Source: a virus (lineage: Duplodnaviria > Caudoviricetes). From it: DNA of 64,000 nucleotides. The notes under the pieces were generated by a model. The model did not search any database. It was not told the origin of the DNA and saw only the letters and a program-made list of their open reading frames with translations. The DNA lies in the IMG/VR virus record IMGVR_UViG_3300001528_000621, positions 32,001-96,000 of that record. One strand, written 5' to 3'. The translations under genes were made by a program, and so were the position numbers. Below are positions 20,439-30,490 of the stretch, in pieces (the stretch's first letter is position 1; each line of letters starts with the position of its first letter).

Positions 20439-21497
20439 ATGGAAATTAAAACCAGTTTTGGCTGTGAATTAGAGTGGTCAGATGTTGATCGACGCGTTGA
20501 TATCCCGAAAGAGCTTGGAGAGTGGGAAGGTCCGAAGATAGCGGGATATTATATGAATTCTGAGATTGATATAGTAAATACAAAAGGTAAGTATAGGGGT
20601 GTAGGAACAGATCCACTATGCATGACCTGTAGGGTTGGAGGAGAAATACATACTCAACCATCAAACACTATTGAGACTCAGGTTCTTAGGATGATGAGAA
20701 TTCTTGATTTATTTTCTACAGCAAATATAGCTTGTCCAAACCATGGACATATTCATGTAGGACTTCCAGGAATTCTCAATGAGGAAAATCTGGAAACTCT
20801 TAAGAACATTTTTAGGTATACAAAAGCAAACCAAAATGACCTAATAAAGTACTGTTGTGGATACGACGAAGCTGATGCATCTAAGATAGCAAGTACGGAT
20901 CTGCAAGATTGGGTTAAGCAGTATCTCTTGGTCGGGGATGGAAAGCATATTACAAACCAGCTTTTTGAAGCAGTAGAGGAAGCTGCAACTGTACAGGATG
21001 TTTTGACAGCTCTTCAGACCATACCTTGTGAAGATTGGGAATGGACTACAGGAAAAGCAACAAAGACACCAAGTTCTCATAGAACAGCTGTTAACCTCTT
21101 CAACCTAACTAAAGGAGAGACTATAGAGTTTAGGATTTTTAGAGCTACAATAAACCCTGTAGAGCTTTATTCTTGTCTTTATCTTACAGATAGGTACATT
21201 GAAGAAGCTTTGCTTGGAGCAGAAGGAAAGCCTGTATCGGAAATTCTTAAAGAGGGAAACTTTAGATTTCCAAAGCTTAACTTTAACTACGATCTTGCAA
21301 AAGGATGGCAGAATACTCGACAGACAAAAGGTAGGTGTGGTCCATTTAAGAAATATACAGGAGTAGTAGAAGTTTCTGAAGACAGCATCATGCTAAATCC
21401 AGAGAATATTCTATATGTGTTTGATCAGGGACTCAAGGACATTTTGACTCTTTGCATACTGGATTTTCAAGGAAGAACTATAGACTCTATACAGTAA
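20439..21497 (+). CDS. Putative amidoligase (COOH-NH2 ligase, glutamine synthetase-like fold)
   Basis: SFGCELEW, GGEIHT, HGHIHVG, TIEFRIF match the GxExE...HxHxG...EFR signature. Confidence 0.8.
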   Translation: MEIKTSFGCELEWSDVDRRVDIPKELGEWEGPKIAGYYMNSEIDIVNTKGKYRGVGTDPLCMTCRVGGEIHTQPSNTIETQVLRMMRILDLFSTANIACPNHGHIHVGLPGILNEENLETLKNIFRYTKANQNDLIKYCCGYDEADASKIASTDLQDWVKQYLLVGDGKHITNQLFEAVEEAATVQDVLTALQTIPCEDWEWTTGKATKTPSSHRTAVNLFNLTKGETIEFRIFRATINPVELYSCLYLTDRYIEEALLGAEGKPVSEILKEGNFRFPKLNFNYDLAKGWQNTRQTKGRCGPFKKYTGVVEVSEDSIMLNPENILYVFDQGLKDILTLCILDFQGRTIDSIQ

Positions 21498-21500
21498 AGT

Positions 21501-22058
21501 ATGATTGTAGTTTTAACGGGTAGCCATAGTTGTGGAAAGTCTACGCTCGTAGAGTTCTTTCGAGGAAAGGAAGGGTTCCAGAGTATAGACTCTGTAACAA
21601 GGAACAGTACGTCAGCAGCTGAACGAAGAATCGATGGCGTTGATTCTCTTGACAAGGGTCAACTAAATATTTTGGAAAACATTCAAGCTGCTATGAAAGA
21701 AATTATAGCTAAGAATGAAGAGGATCCTACTCAGGTTTATCTTATAGACCGGTGCGTTTTTGACTTTATAGCATACTCTAGAGCTTTCTACAAGAGAGGG
21801 TTGATTACTAAAGAAACTCTTAATGAGATTGAAAGTAAGTGCAGCGATCTGTGGCCTCACTACGATCTTGTATGCTATCTTGGTATTGAATTTGGAATAG
21901 TTAATGATGGAGTTAGAAGTTTGGATGAAGATCTTCGAAAAGACGTAGATTCAGAAATACTTAACCAGCTTCTTTGGAATCCAGTAAAAGCAATAAAATT
22001 AAGTGGGACAGTTCGCCAGCGTGTTGAGAAGTTGTACGACGTCATCAGTACCCTCTAA
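21501..22058 (+). CDS. P-loop nucleotide kinase (AAA_28/NadR-like)
   Basis: LTGSHSCGKST, IDRCVFDFIAY, NDGVRS. Confidence 0.8.
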   Translation: MIVVLTGSHSCGKSTLVEFFRGKEGFQSIDSVTRNSTSAAERRIDGVDSLDKGQLNILENIQAAMKEIIAKNEEDPTQVYLIDRCVFDFIAYSRAFYKRGLITKETLNEIESKCSDLWPHYDLVCYLGIEFGIVNDGVRSLDEDLRKDVDSEILNQLLWNPVKAIKLSGTVRQRVEKLYDVISTL

Positions 22059-22485
22059 CCTAATTGGAGTAAAAGATGCGTTTTTACAAGAAATCGTAGA
22101 TCTTTGGAACGATCAAAATAAGCGAGGAAAAATTTACACCTATTATCTCTACACAATTCCTGTAGGGACTCTAATGGTAGAAGAGAACGGAGAAGATTGG
22201 ACTATTAGAGGAACTTGGGTAGCAGAAGAGTATAGAAAAGAGGGAATAGGTAAAAGAATGTTAGAAGACCTGAAATCTAAGTTCGATAACAGCAAAATAG
22301 TGTCTAGACTTTGGGTTAATATAACTCCTCAAGCTGAAGGTTTTTATAAAAAGCTCGGATTTAGAATACCGGGATACAGAGTAGATACACCAGCACCGAT
22401 GTCGGTAGGAATATTTGTAAAAGGAGCGTATCTCGATACAATTTTTTCAGAAAAATATAAAGGATTTGTATATGCAGAAGAATAG
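22003..22485 (+). CDS. GNAT family acetyltransferase
   Basis: WVAEEYRKEGIGKRML acetyl-CoA motif and AEGFYKKLGF; start uncertain. Confidence 0.8.
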   Translation: MGQFASVLRSCTTSSVPSNLIGVKDAFLQEIVDLWNDQNKRGKIYTYYLYTIPVGTLMVEENGEDWTIRGTWVAEEYRKEGIGKRMLEDLKSKFDNSKIVSRLWVNITPQAEGFYKKLGFRIPGYRVDTPAPMSVGIFVKGAYLDTIFSEKYKGFVYAEE

Positions 22486-22936
22486 TCCAAAATACAAGGT
22501 AGGTGACACTGTACTATACCACACAGATTATAGTACGGAACCATGCACCTTTACTATCAAGAGAGTAGAGATTGAAGATAGCGAAGATGACGATCCTAGA
22601 TACATATATCACGATTCGGGGGAAAACGAATCTGGAGGCTTTTTGTATGAAGAGGATATCGACGGACTCAGCATGGATTCAACGTTAATTGATGAACATA
22701 CACTTTCACAGCAAGAGTGGATTCTGTACTCTCTATTTGGGGGTAAATTCATTCGATATGAAAAGTCTATAACTTGCGGTGACAGATCATTCTTGTGCGA
22801 TCTTCAAAAAGAGAGTAACACAGTGGGTCGCGACTGGTGTCTTCATGTGGATAACGAGGATGCTGAGTCTGTAGGAAGCATGGACGTAGCTACGTTTGGG
22901 CAAATTGACAGATTTTTGAAGCTGTTATCTGAGTAA
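22466..22936 (+). CDS. Hypothetical protein
   Basis: PKYKVGDTV SH3-like N-terminus; acidic. Confidence 0.55.
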   Translation: MYMQKNSPKYKVGDTVLYHTDYSTEPCTFTIKRVEIEDSEDDDPRYIYHDSGENESGGFLYEEDIDGLSMDSTLIDEHTLSQQEWILYSLFGGKFIRYEKSITCGDRSFLCDLQKESNTVGRDWCLHVDNEDAESVGSMDVATFGQIDRFLKLLSE

Positions 22937-22963
22937 AATCAAGAAAATATCTTATCTTTAGGT

Positions 22964-23836
22964 ATGATGAAAAAGATAAAAATAGCACACGAAGCTCCTA
23001 AATCAATCTTTAGGAGAGTTCAGAAATTTACAGATTACGATTATGCTTTAGTTCATCTTTTTGAGGAAGATGAAGAGTATTATAAAATGTTTGAAGATGC
23101 TATAGCGGAAGGTAGAGAGGTAATTCTCGATAATAGTATTTTTGAACTAGGTACAGCTTTTGATCCAGAAAAGTTCGTATATTGGATTAACAAACTCAAA
23201 CCGGCTTGGTACATTGTTCCGGATTCTCTAGAGAATTGTCAGAAGACCAAAGAGAACATGAAGGACTGGGTTCTAAACTACAAGCATCGTGTTACAGCTC
23301 CAAGTAAGATGATCGGAGTGGTTCAGGGAAAGAACTATGAGGAAATATTGGAATGCTTTAAATTTATGGCTGCTAATATGGGCGTTGACAAAATTGGCAT
23401 TCCTTTCGACTTCAGCTACTACGAAACTTCAGTGCCTCATCCAAATAAGCTTGTAAGCTGGATGTTGGGTAGAGTAAAGCTTCTTGGAGATTTGACTAGA
23501 GATATAAAGGGACCAAACAACAAGATGTCGCTTGTTCATCTACTTGGATGTGCTTTACCGCAAGAAGGTCTTTTCTATTCGGGAGGACAATACGACTTTA
23601 TCGATAGTCAAGATACTTCAAATCCAGTAGTTCACGGACTTAAAAAGATTAAATATAGTTCAATAGGTTTGAATAGTAAGAGTAGTGAAAAGCTCTATAC
23701 CCTAATCAATCACGATACTACGCTTGGAGAGTGGTCAGCTATTCGGCACAACCTTAAATACTTTAGAGCTTTTTGGACTTCTTGGGACAGTTTAGATAGC
23801 CTTGAACATGATTACCAAGAGATTGCCGCCTCTTAA
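22964..23836 (+). CDS. TGT/DpdA-like TIM-barrel protein, putative base-exchange enzyme
   Basis: ILDNSIFE (cf. LDSGAF), IVPD, GVVQG, VHLLG, SQDTS (cf. SxDSS), in the order seen in tRNA-guanine transglycosylase-like proteins. Confidence 0.6.
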   Translation: MMKKIKIAHEAPKSIFRRVQKFTDYDYALVHLFEEDEEYYKMFEDAIAEGREVILDNSIFELGTAFDPEKFVYWINKLKPAWYIVPDSLENCQKTKENMKDWVLNYKHRVTAPSKMIGVVQGKNYEEILECFKFMAANMGVDKIGIPFDFSYYETSVPHPNKLVSWMLGRVKLLGDLTRDIKGPNNKMSLVHLLGCALPQEGLFYSGGQYDFIDSQDTSNPVVHGLKKIKYSSIGLNSKSSEKLYTLINHDTTLGEWSAIRHNLKYFRAFWTSWDSLDSLEHDYQEIAAS

Positions 23837-24341
23837 GGAAATTTCTAGAGAGGATTTAGATGATTCTTTCATAAAAGTAGAGTTTTGGGATCCATATTTC
23901 TGGGAAAAAGCTACACATGTAGTTACAACGTCATATTGGCAGAACAAGAATGAATTTGTATCCCACTATGACTACTACATGAAAGCTAACGAAGTCCTTG
24001 GAAAGTTAGATGCAGGACACGGATACATATATATTCTTATCAGCGAACAGCAAGAAGGTATCTGTAAGATAGGATCTACAGAAAGAACACCTCAGGAACG
24101 AGTAGACGAAATCAACCGTGCGACAGGTGTAATCTTGCCGTGGAAATTATATGACGCATATCCTTGTAAAGCTCCACATTCTGTAGAAAAACTTGTACAC
24201 AGGGTTTTAGCAGAGTCCAGAATTGATAGGAGAAAAGAGGGATTTGCAGTGTATCCTGAGGTAGCACAAAGAATAATTACAAAGGTTATATCTGATTCAA
24301 ATGAAAGAGACATCAAAGGAGAATACAAGGATAACATTTAG
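23802..24341 (+). CDS. GIY-YIG / T5orf172-domain protein
   Basis: GYIYIL...KIGST..PQERVDEI..ATGV..P...EKLVHRVL....R.EGF. Confidence 0.8.
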   Translation: MNMITKRLPPLKEISREDLDDSFIKVEFWDPYFWEKATHVVTTSYWQNKNEFVSHYDYYMKANEVLGKLDAGHGYIYILISEQQEGICKIGSTERTPQERVDEINRATGVILPWKLYDAYPCKAPHSVEKLVHRVLAESRIDRRKEGFAVYPEVAQRIITKVISDSNERDIKGEYKDNI

Positions 24342-24885
24342 AAAGATGTTTGGACATTTGGGTACAGTCCTAAAGCACAAGTACTGGGTTTTTCATTATG
24401 CTAGAAAACTCGGTATTGGATGGAGAGGGTTTGTGCACGATATGTCTAAATTTTCGCCTACAGAGTTTTGGGAAAGTGTAAGATACTGGAACGGAAAGAG
24501 TTCACCGATACCGGTTTGTAAAGTAGATAAAGGATATTCTCTAGCTTGGCAACACCACAAGGGTCGAAACACTCACCACTACGAATACTGGATAGATAGG
24601 TTGGACGAAGGAGGAGTGCCAATAAAGGTGCCGTTTGAAGATATGTTAGAGCTTATAGCTGACTGGCTTGGGGCTGGAAGAGCATATTTAGGAAAGAATT
24701 TTACATTGAAAGGAGAATTTCTTTGGTTTGTAAACAAGGTCAATGTTGAAAATCCTAAAATTCATCTAACAACGCAAAAGTTTATTGGAGATTTCTTATC
24801 TAAGTTTGCTGAAGATCCAAGGAATCTTACGTACTTTAAGAAAATTTTTACTACTAAAACTAAAAAACTTTACGAGGAAAGCTGA
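24301..24885 (+). CDS. HD-like hydrolase (DUF5662-like)
   Basis: HK..V, HDMSKFSPTEF, AWQHHKGRNTHHYEYW, ELIADW. Confidence 0.7.
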   Translation: MKETSKENTRITFRKMFGHLGTVLKHKYWVFHYARKLGIGWRGFVHDMSKFSPTEFWESVRYWNGKSSPIPVCKVDKGYSLAWQHHKGRNTHHYEYWIDRLDEGGVPIKVPFEDMLELIADWLGAGRAYLGKNFTLKGEFLWFVNKVNVENPKIHLTTQKFIGDFLSKFAEDPRNLTYFKKIFTTKTKKLYEES

Positions 24886-24916
24886 AGAAATTCAGCTTTT
24901 CTTTTTATCTTTAGGT

Positions 24917-27295
24917 ATGTTTGAAGGAATAATTAAGGACTATACCATAGTCGATACAAAAGAGAAGGTAGAAGCTCTTATAGAGCATATCGGAAATCAT
25001 GGAACCGATCCAAACAACGTATACGATGTTATTGCATTCGATACAGAGGATACAGGACTAAATGTTAGAAAAGACAGAGTTATCGGTTTTTCGGTTTGTG
25101 CTGAAGTAGGTAAAAGCTTTTATTTTCCTATCCTAAACTGGGATCCAAAACAGGAAAAGCTTGTAGAACCTGTAATTGGAGGACGAGGAGCAATTTCTAT
25201 AGGCTTAAAGATTCTAGAGATCTTAAGTCGTAGAAAACTTGTGATGCATAATGGAGATTATGACTGTAGAATCATAAAGCATAGTCTTGGAATAGACCTA
25301 TTACCGGCACTTTATGCTGAAAATATGCTTGTAATCCATACAGTTCAGGAGGAAGGAGCAGGACGAGGAGGAGCTGAAATTTTTGGACTTAAGAAAGTAG
25401 CTATAGCTATTCAGGACAAGGTTGGTCTTGATGTAGAGAAAGCAGCTAATGAAGAGCAGATAGAACTTCGAGCATCAATTCAGAAAAATGGAGGAGCTAT
25501 TTCTAAAGCTCATTATGAAATATATAAAGCGGATTACGAGATTCTAGGAAAGTATGCAGCTGCAGATACAGATTTAACTCTTCGAGAGTACATCTACTAT
25601 ATGCAGAAATTAGTAGCTGAAGGAATGGAAAAGTTCTTCTTTGAGGATGAAGTAATGCCACTTTACAAGGAGGTTACGATTCCTATGGAAGATCACGGAA
25701 TTGCTCTTGACATCCCTCTACTAGAAAAAACAAAAGCTGACATTATTGAAGACATGGAGAAGCAGAAGAAAGCTGTAGTTGAAGCTCTTCTGAAAGATGA
25801 ACCGGGTCAGAGATGGGTAATAGACCAAGCTGTAAGTACGTTTCCTTGTAAGAAGACAGGAGCTTGGGCAACAGCTTTTGTTGAAAGGTATTCATTACCT
25901 TTACCAAAATCAGAGAAAACAGGAAAATATTCAATTACAAAAGCAAACATAGCAGCTCTAGACGATTGTTGGCAAAAGCAGTTTCTAGAGACAGGTGATG
26001 AGTCTTTAGTTCCTGAAAAAGAACGAGTAAGGATATCGCTAGCTTTGTGGAAAGATATAAACGATGGGGATTACTTTAACGTTCAATCTTCTAAGCAGTT
26101 AGCAGATATCGTATTTAAGTACTATGGAGAAAAGCCACCAAAGATAAGTGAAAAAGGACAAGAAGCGTTCGATGGAGCTGTAATTCAGGAACTTTCTAAA
26201 AAGTATGAATGGGTGGAGAGTCTTAGAATCTATAGAAAGCTTCAGAAAATTAAGACAACGTACATTGATAGGTTCTTGGATGGACAGGAAGATGGAAGAT
26301 ATTACTTCTATTTTAAGCAGCATGGAACGGTTTCAGGACGGTATGCTTCTGATGCTCAACAGCTTCCAAAACCGATGGAGGATGAACAGGATGTACCTCT
26401 CGTAGTTAAGTATAATCATCTAGTAAGAGCTTTTTTGATTGCAGGTCCGGGTAGAAAGTTCGTGGACGCTGACTACGAATCACTAGAACCGCATTGTTTT
26501 GCCTCGGTTTCCGGAGATGAAGGTCTTAGAGATATTTTTAGACACGGTTGGGACTTCTATTCAACTATTGCTATTAAGACTGAAAAACTGGACGAAGACA
26601 GAAAGAAGTATCCGAACGGTGTTTCTGCAGATAAGAAAGCTGATAACTTTCTTAAGAAAATAGATCCGGTAAAGAGACAAACAGCGAAGGGCTACGCATT
26701 AGGTGTACCATACGGAATGTCCGGATTTGCTCTAGGTAAGAGACTTAATATGCCGACCAAACAAGCACAAGCTCTTGTAGATGGCTATTTGAACGGATTT
26801 CCGCAGCTTAAAGAGTGGTACAATGGTTCTCGTGAATTTGCATATAAGAACGGATACATCAAAACTCTTGTTGGAAGAACTAGACATCTACCACAACTTA
26901 AAGAGATTTACGAGACTTTTGGTTTGAATATCATGGATTACAAATACCGTGAACAACTGGTTCAAGACGGTATTTGTTCTCGAGAAGACATCGACAAAGT
27001 GTATGCTGAATTCAAAAATTCACGTAATAACTGTCTGAATTTTCAGCTGCAGAGTCTCGGTGCAAGTGTAGTAGGTAGAGCAGCTGTAGCAATAACGCGA
27101 AAAATGCGAGAGCTTGGAATGGACGGGTGGGTGTGTGCACAGGTGCATGACCAATTGATTCTCAATGTGTCAGAGAAGGATGCAGAGGTAATTAAACCGT
27201 GGATGGAAAAGCTAATGGCAGAGACAACAATACTGCCGGGAGTAGAGTTAAGAGCACCAGCTGAGATCGGAGACAATATGGCGGAGACCCATTAG
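24917..27295 (+). CDS. polA: DNA polymerase family A with 3'-5' exonuclease domain
   Basis: ExoI DTEDTG, ExoII HNGDYD, ExoIII YAAAD, TVSGRY, motif A DYESLE, motif B RQTAKGYALGVPYG, motif C QVHDQ. Start placed at ATG 24917, just after TATCTTTA. Confidence 0.95.
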   Translation: MFEGIIKDYTIVDTKEKVEALIEHIGNHGTDPNNVYDVIAFDTEDTGLNVRKDRVIGFSVCAEVGKSFYFPILNWDPKQEKLVEPVIGGRGAISIGLKILEILSRRKLVMHNGDYDCRIIKHSLGIDLLPALYAENMLVIHTVQEEGAGRGGAEIFGLKKVAIAIQDKVGLDVEKAANEEQIELRASIQKNGGAISKAHYEIYKADYEILGKYAAADTDLTLREYIYYMQKLVAEGMEKFFFEDEVMPLYKEVTIPMEDHGIALDIPLLEKTKADIIEDMEKQKKAVVEALLKDEPGQRWVIDQAVSTFPCKKTGAWATAFVERYSLPLPKSEKTGKYSITKANIAALDDCWQKQFLETGDESLVPEKERVRISLALWKDINDGDYFNVQSSKQLADIVFKYYGEKPPKISEKGQEAFDGAVIQELSKKYEWVESLRIYRKLQKIKTTYIDRFLDGQEDGRYYFYFKQHGTVSGRYASDAQQLPKPMEDEQDVPLVVKYNHLVRAFLIAGPGRKFVDADYESLEPHCFASVSGDEGLRDIFRHGWDFYSTIAIKTEKLDEDRKKYPNGVSADKKADNFLKKIDPVKRQTAKGYALGVPYGMSGFALGKRLNMPTKQAQALVDGYLNGFPQLKEWYNGSREFAYKNGYIKTLVGRTRHLPQLKEIYETFGLNIMDYKYREQLVQDGICSREDIDKVYAEFKNSRNNCLNFQLQSLGASVVGRAAVAITRKMRELGMDGWVCAQVHDQLILNVSEKDAEVIKPWMEKLMAETTILPGVELRAPAEIGDNMAETH

Positions 27296-27325
27296 TCTAA
27301 TTTTAAGTATTTTTTACTTTTAGTT

Positions 27326-28462
27326 TTGACTACTTATTCTAGGATTTACTTACGGAATGAGATGAACTACTATACGTACAAATTAACTTTAAAAAGAGAT
27401 CCTAGATACTATTACTACGGTGTACATAGGACAGAAAGGCTACCGGAAGAGGACAGGTATTTCGGATCTGGAAGAGGAATTCAAGAACTCAAACAGCTTT
27501 ATGGATCTGATTGTTTTGAAAAAGAAATACTCTCTATTCAGAACTCCAGAAAAGAATCTCTTATAGAAGAGGAAAAGCTTGTAGGTAATTTGTGGAAAAC
27601 AGATCCATTTTGTCTCAACAGGATGCCTGGAGGAGCCTTTAAAAGTAAGTTTGATACAACGGGGCTGATTACCTACCATAAAGGAAATAAAGTTCGGTAT
27701 ATTAGACCAGAATCTACTCGCCATTTTGAAGAGCAAGGATGGATTAAGGGAATACCGGAAAGTAGGGCTGAAACTATTAGGCGGTATATCACCGTAAGTA
27801 AAGGCGGCACTGAAAAGAGGATTTTACCGGAGGATTTAGGTAAATGGGAACAAGAAAGTTGGGTTAAAGGTAGAGCAGACAAATATATTCAGGAACTTAA
27901 ATCTAGAATACCTGTTACAGACGGAGTTCACTCTAAAAGCATACATAGTGGTTCTCTTCAACACTACCTAAATCAGGGTTGGAAAATTGGACATTCTGGT
28001 GAACACACAAAAAGGAGTGCAGAATGGAATAAAGGTACAGTGTATGTTTTTAGGAACGGTGTTTCTACTAAGGTCAAAAAAGAAAATCTTCAAAAATACC
28101 TCAACGACGGATGGCAGAAAGGTAATTTAGCTACAAGAAAGCCTAGATCCCAAGAACTTCGGGAACTTTCTAGAAAAGCACAAAAAGGTCGTATTTGGAT
28201 AAAAAAAGGAACAGAATGTAAAAAGATTTGGCCTTCAGAGTTGAAAAACTATCCTGATTGGGAAAGAGGAAGATTAAGCACACCGGACACAACCGGGTAC
28301 CGGTGGATTAACAATGGTCAAGAAAGTAGAACAGTAAAGTTAGGAGATCTTCAAAAATACCTCGATACTGGGTGGCAAAAAGGGAAAGGATTTAAAGTAG
28401 GCTCAACAAGTTCTCTAGGCCGGAGTACAACTTTTAAGCAGACACCTCTTTACTTAACATAG
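27326..28462 (+). CDS. Free-standing GIY-YIG (Seg-like) homing endonuclease with repeated C-terminal DNA-binding modules
   Basis: YYTYKLT...YYYGVH...YFGSG...EKEIL...E.E...N, then about 6 repeats of (W/Y)xxxG...YLxxGWxxG. Likely start ATG 27362. Confidence 0.8.
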   Translation: MTTYSRIYLRNEMNYYTYKLTLKRDPRYYYYGVHRTERLPEEDRYFGSGRGIQELKQLYGSDCFEKEILSIQNSRKESLIEEEKLVGNLWKTDPFCLNRMPGGAFKSKFDTTGLITYHKGNKVRYIRPESTRHFEEQGWIKGIPESRAETIRRYITVSKGGTEKRILPEDLGKWEQESWVKGRADKYIQELKSRIPVTDGVHSKSIHSGSLQHYLNQGWKIGHSGEHTKRSAEWNKGTVYVFRNGVSTKVKKENLQKYLNDGWQKGNLATRKPRSQELRELSRKAQKGRIWIKKGTECKKIWPSELKNYPDWERGRLSTPDTTGYRWINNGQESRTVKLGDLQKYLDTGWQKGKGFKVGSTSSLGRSTTFKQTPLYLT

Positions 28463-28531
28463 AGCAACAGTTGAAAGTATCTAACATTCTTTTTATTATA
28501 AAGCATATTAAAAATTAAACATAAGTACGAA

Positions 28532-28849
28532 ATGATTAAAGCAATTCATCCACTAAACGATAGGGTTTTGATTAAACCTATCGATGCAGGAGAAAGACGT
28601 CGGGGAGCGATTATTATCGCAGATACGGGACAGGAAAAGCCAGAACTCGGAACCGTTGTTGAGATAGGTCCTGGACGAAAGACAGAATTTGGTATAGTGA
28701 TAGAGCAGTCAGATTTTCAGCTCAATGTTGGTGATACAGTCTTGATACCGAAGATAGGTACAATCAGAACAGAGATTGATGGAGAGGAATATTACTTGAC
28801 TCCATTTAAGGAAATTCTAGCAAAGATTGATTATACAGAAGAGAACTAA
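28532..28849 (+). CDS. groES: Co-chaperonin GroES
   Basis: IHPLNDRVLI, EKP..GTVVEIGPG, VGDTVL, EILA. Confidence 0.95.
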   Translation: MIKAIHPLNDRVLIKPIDAGERRRGAIIIADTGQEKPELGTVVEIGPGRKTEFGIVIEQSDFQLNVGDTVLIPKIGTIRTEIDGEEYYLTPFKEILAKIDYTEEN

Positions 28850-28855
28850 TAGGGT

Positions 28856-30490
28856 ATGCAGAAAATTTCATATAACGTAGAAGCACGAGAGAAGCTTAAA
28901 AAGGGCGTAAACACACTAGCTAATGTTGTAGGTTCAACTCTCGGACCTTCAGGTCATAGTGTCATTCTTGACCTTAATCCGGGAAATCCGGTTGCCACAA
29001 AAGACGGTGTTACGGTAGCAAAAGCTATTAAAGCTGACGATTACGAGGAGAATACTGGTATTCAGATGCTTAAACAGGCGTCTATGCAGACAGCAGATGA
29101 AGCTGGAGATGGTACGACTACAGCTACAATACTAGCAGCTAAGATGTTTAATGCTGGTATTGAGAGAGGAAACCGAAAAGGTTACAATTCTGTAGAGGTT
29201 AAGAAGGGAATGGAATGTGCTCTTAATGCTGTCGTAAACTACATTAAGGACAACATTTCCAAGCCTGTAACTAACGTAGATCAGCTCTATCAGATAGCTA
29301 CAATCTCAGCTAACGGAGATAAGGAAATTGGACAGCTTGTAGGTAAAGCACTTGACGAAGCTGGACTTGATGGAGCAGTTACAGTTGAAGAGTCTAAGAC
29401 CGGGGAAACATATCTCGATGTTGTAGAAGGAATTCAGTTCAATCAGGGATACAAGTCACCATATCTCGTAACAGACAATGAGACGATGACAGCTGTTCTT
29501 GATGATGTTCTGATTCTTTTTGCAGATCAGAAACTTAATGACATTAAACCTCTCATACCTGTCTTGAACGCAGTTGCATCTTCAGACAAGTCTCTTCTCA
29601 TTGTAGCAGAGGACATTGGAGGTGAGGTTATTTCAACTCTCGTAGTAAATAAGATCAGAGCTGGACTTAAGGTTGCTGCTGTAAAAGCTCCTGAATTTGG
29701 AGATAGGAGAAAAGCTGCTCTTGAGGATATGGCCATTCTTACCGGAGGTGCAGTTGTGTCGCCAGACAAGGGTATGAGAATTGACAAGTTCGATCAGAAC
29801 TGGTTTGGTACAGCTAAGAAGGTTACAATTTCTCGAGATACTACAACCATTATCGGAGCTGAGGGAAATGTAGATGACATTAAGAAGAGAGTTGATGAGA
29901 TTAAGAGTCAGATTGACGCAGCTACATCAACTTACGATAAGGAAAATCTACAGGCTCGACTTGCTAGGTTTGCAGGGGGCGTTTCGGTTATGTACGTCGG
30001 AGGTCACACCGAGGTTGAGATGAAGGAAAAGAAAGATCGTGTAGACGATGCTCTTCATGCAACTCGAGCAGCTCTTGAGGAAGGTATTTGTCCAGGAGGA
30101 GGTAGAGCTCTTCAGGTAGCTTCTAGTTACGTATCCGACATTAAAAAGGGTTCACCGGACTTTGAGTTCGGAAAAGAACTTGTGCTTGAGGCGTGTAAAT
30201 ATCCATTTATCAAGATTCTCGAGAATGTAGGATACTCAGAGGAAGAGGTTACAGAAAAGGTACAGAGAGCTGAAGCTACTGAAGATCCTTGGACATCATT
30301 CAACGCAGCTACAGAATGGTGGGTGCAGATGCTTGATTCTGGTGTGATAGATCCTACAAAGGTTATCAGGCTTGCACTTAAGAATGCTGTATCTGTAGTG
30401 TCTACAATGCTTACGTCAGAGGCTCTTGTAGTCAATGTTCCTGACAAAAAGGACAATATAGGACCAGGATATGATCCATCAGTTCTATAG
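28856..30490 (+). CDS. groEL: Chaperonin GroEL
   Basis: TLGP, TKDGVTVAK, AGDGTTTAT, KAPEFGDRRK, EKKDRVDDALHATRAA, GVIDPTKV. Confidence 0.97.
   Translation: MQKISYNVEAREKLKKGVNTLANVVGSTLGPSGHSVILDLNPGNPVATKDGVTVAKAIKADDYEENTGIQMLKQASMQTADEAGDGTTTATILAAKMFNAGIERGNRKGYNSVEVKKGMECALNAVVNYIKDNISKPVTNVDQLYQIATISANGDKEIGQLVGKALDEAGLDGAVTVEESKTGETYLDVVEGIQFNQGYKSPYLVTDNETMTAVLDDVLILFADQKLNDIKPLIPVLNAVASSDKSLLIVAEDIGGEVISTLVVNKIRAGLKVAAVKAPEFGDRRKAALEDMAILTGGAVVSPDKGMRIDKFDQNWFGTAKKVTISRDTTTIIGAEGNVDDIKKRVDEIKSQIDAATSTYDKENLQARLARFAGGVSVMYVGGHTEVEMKEKKDRVDDALHATRAALEEGICPGGGRALQVASSYVSDIKKGSPDFEFGKELVLEACKYPFIKILENVGYSEEEVTEKVQRAEATEDPWTSFNAATEWWVQMLDSGVIDPTKVIRLALKNAVSVVSTMLTSEALVVNVPDKKDNIGPGYDPSVL

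Noticed and set aside
24785-24916. N-terminal extension of PolA in the ORF track
   Set aside because: It overlaps the upstream gene and spans the TATCTTTA promoter motif; ATG 24917 is more plausible.
8402-27295. Introns or inteins in nrdD, helicase or polA
   Set aside because: The ORFs are continuous and of normal length, with no intein splice motifs; the endonuclease at 27326 is free-standing.
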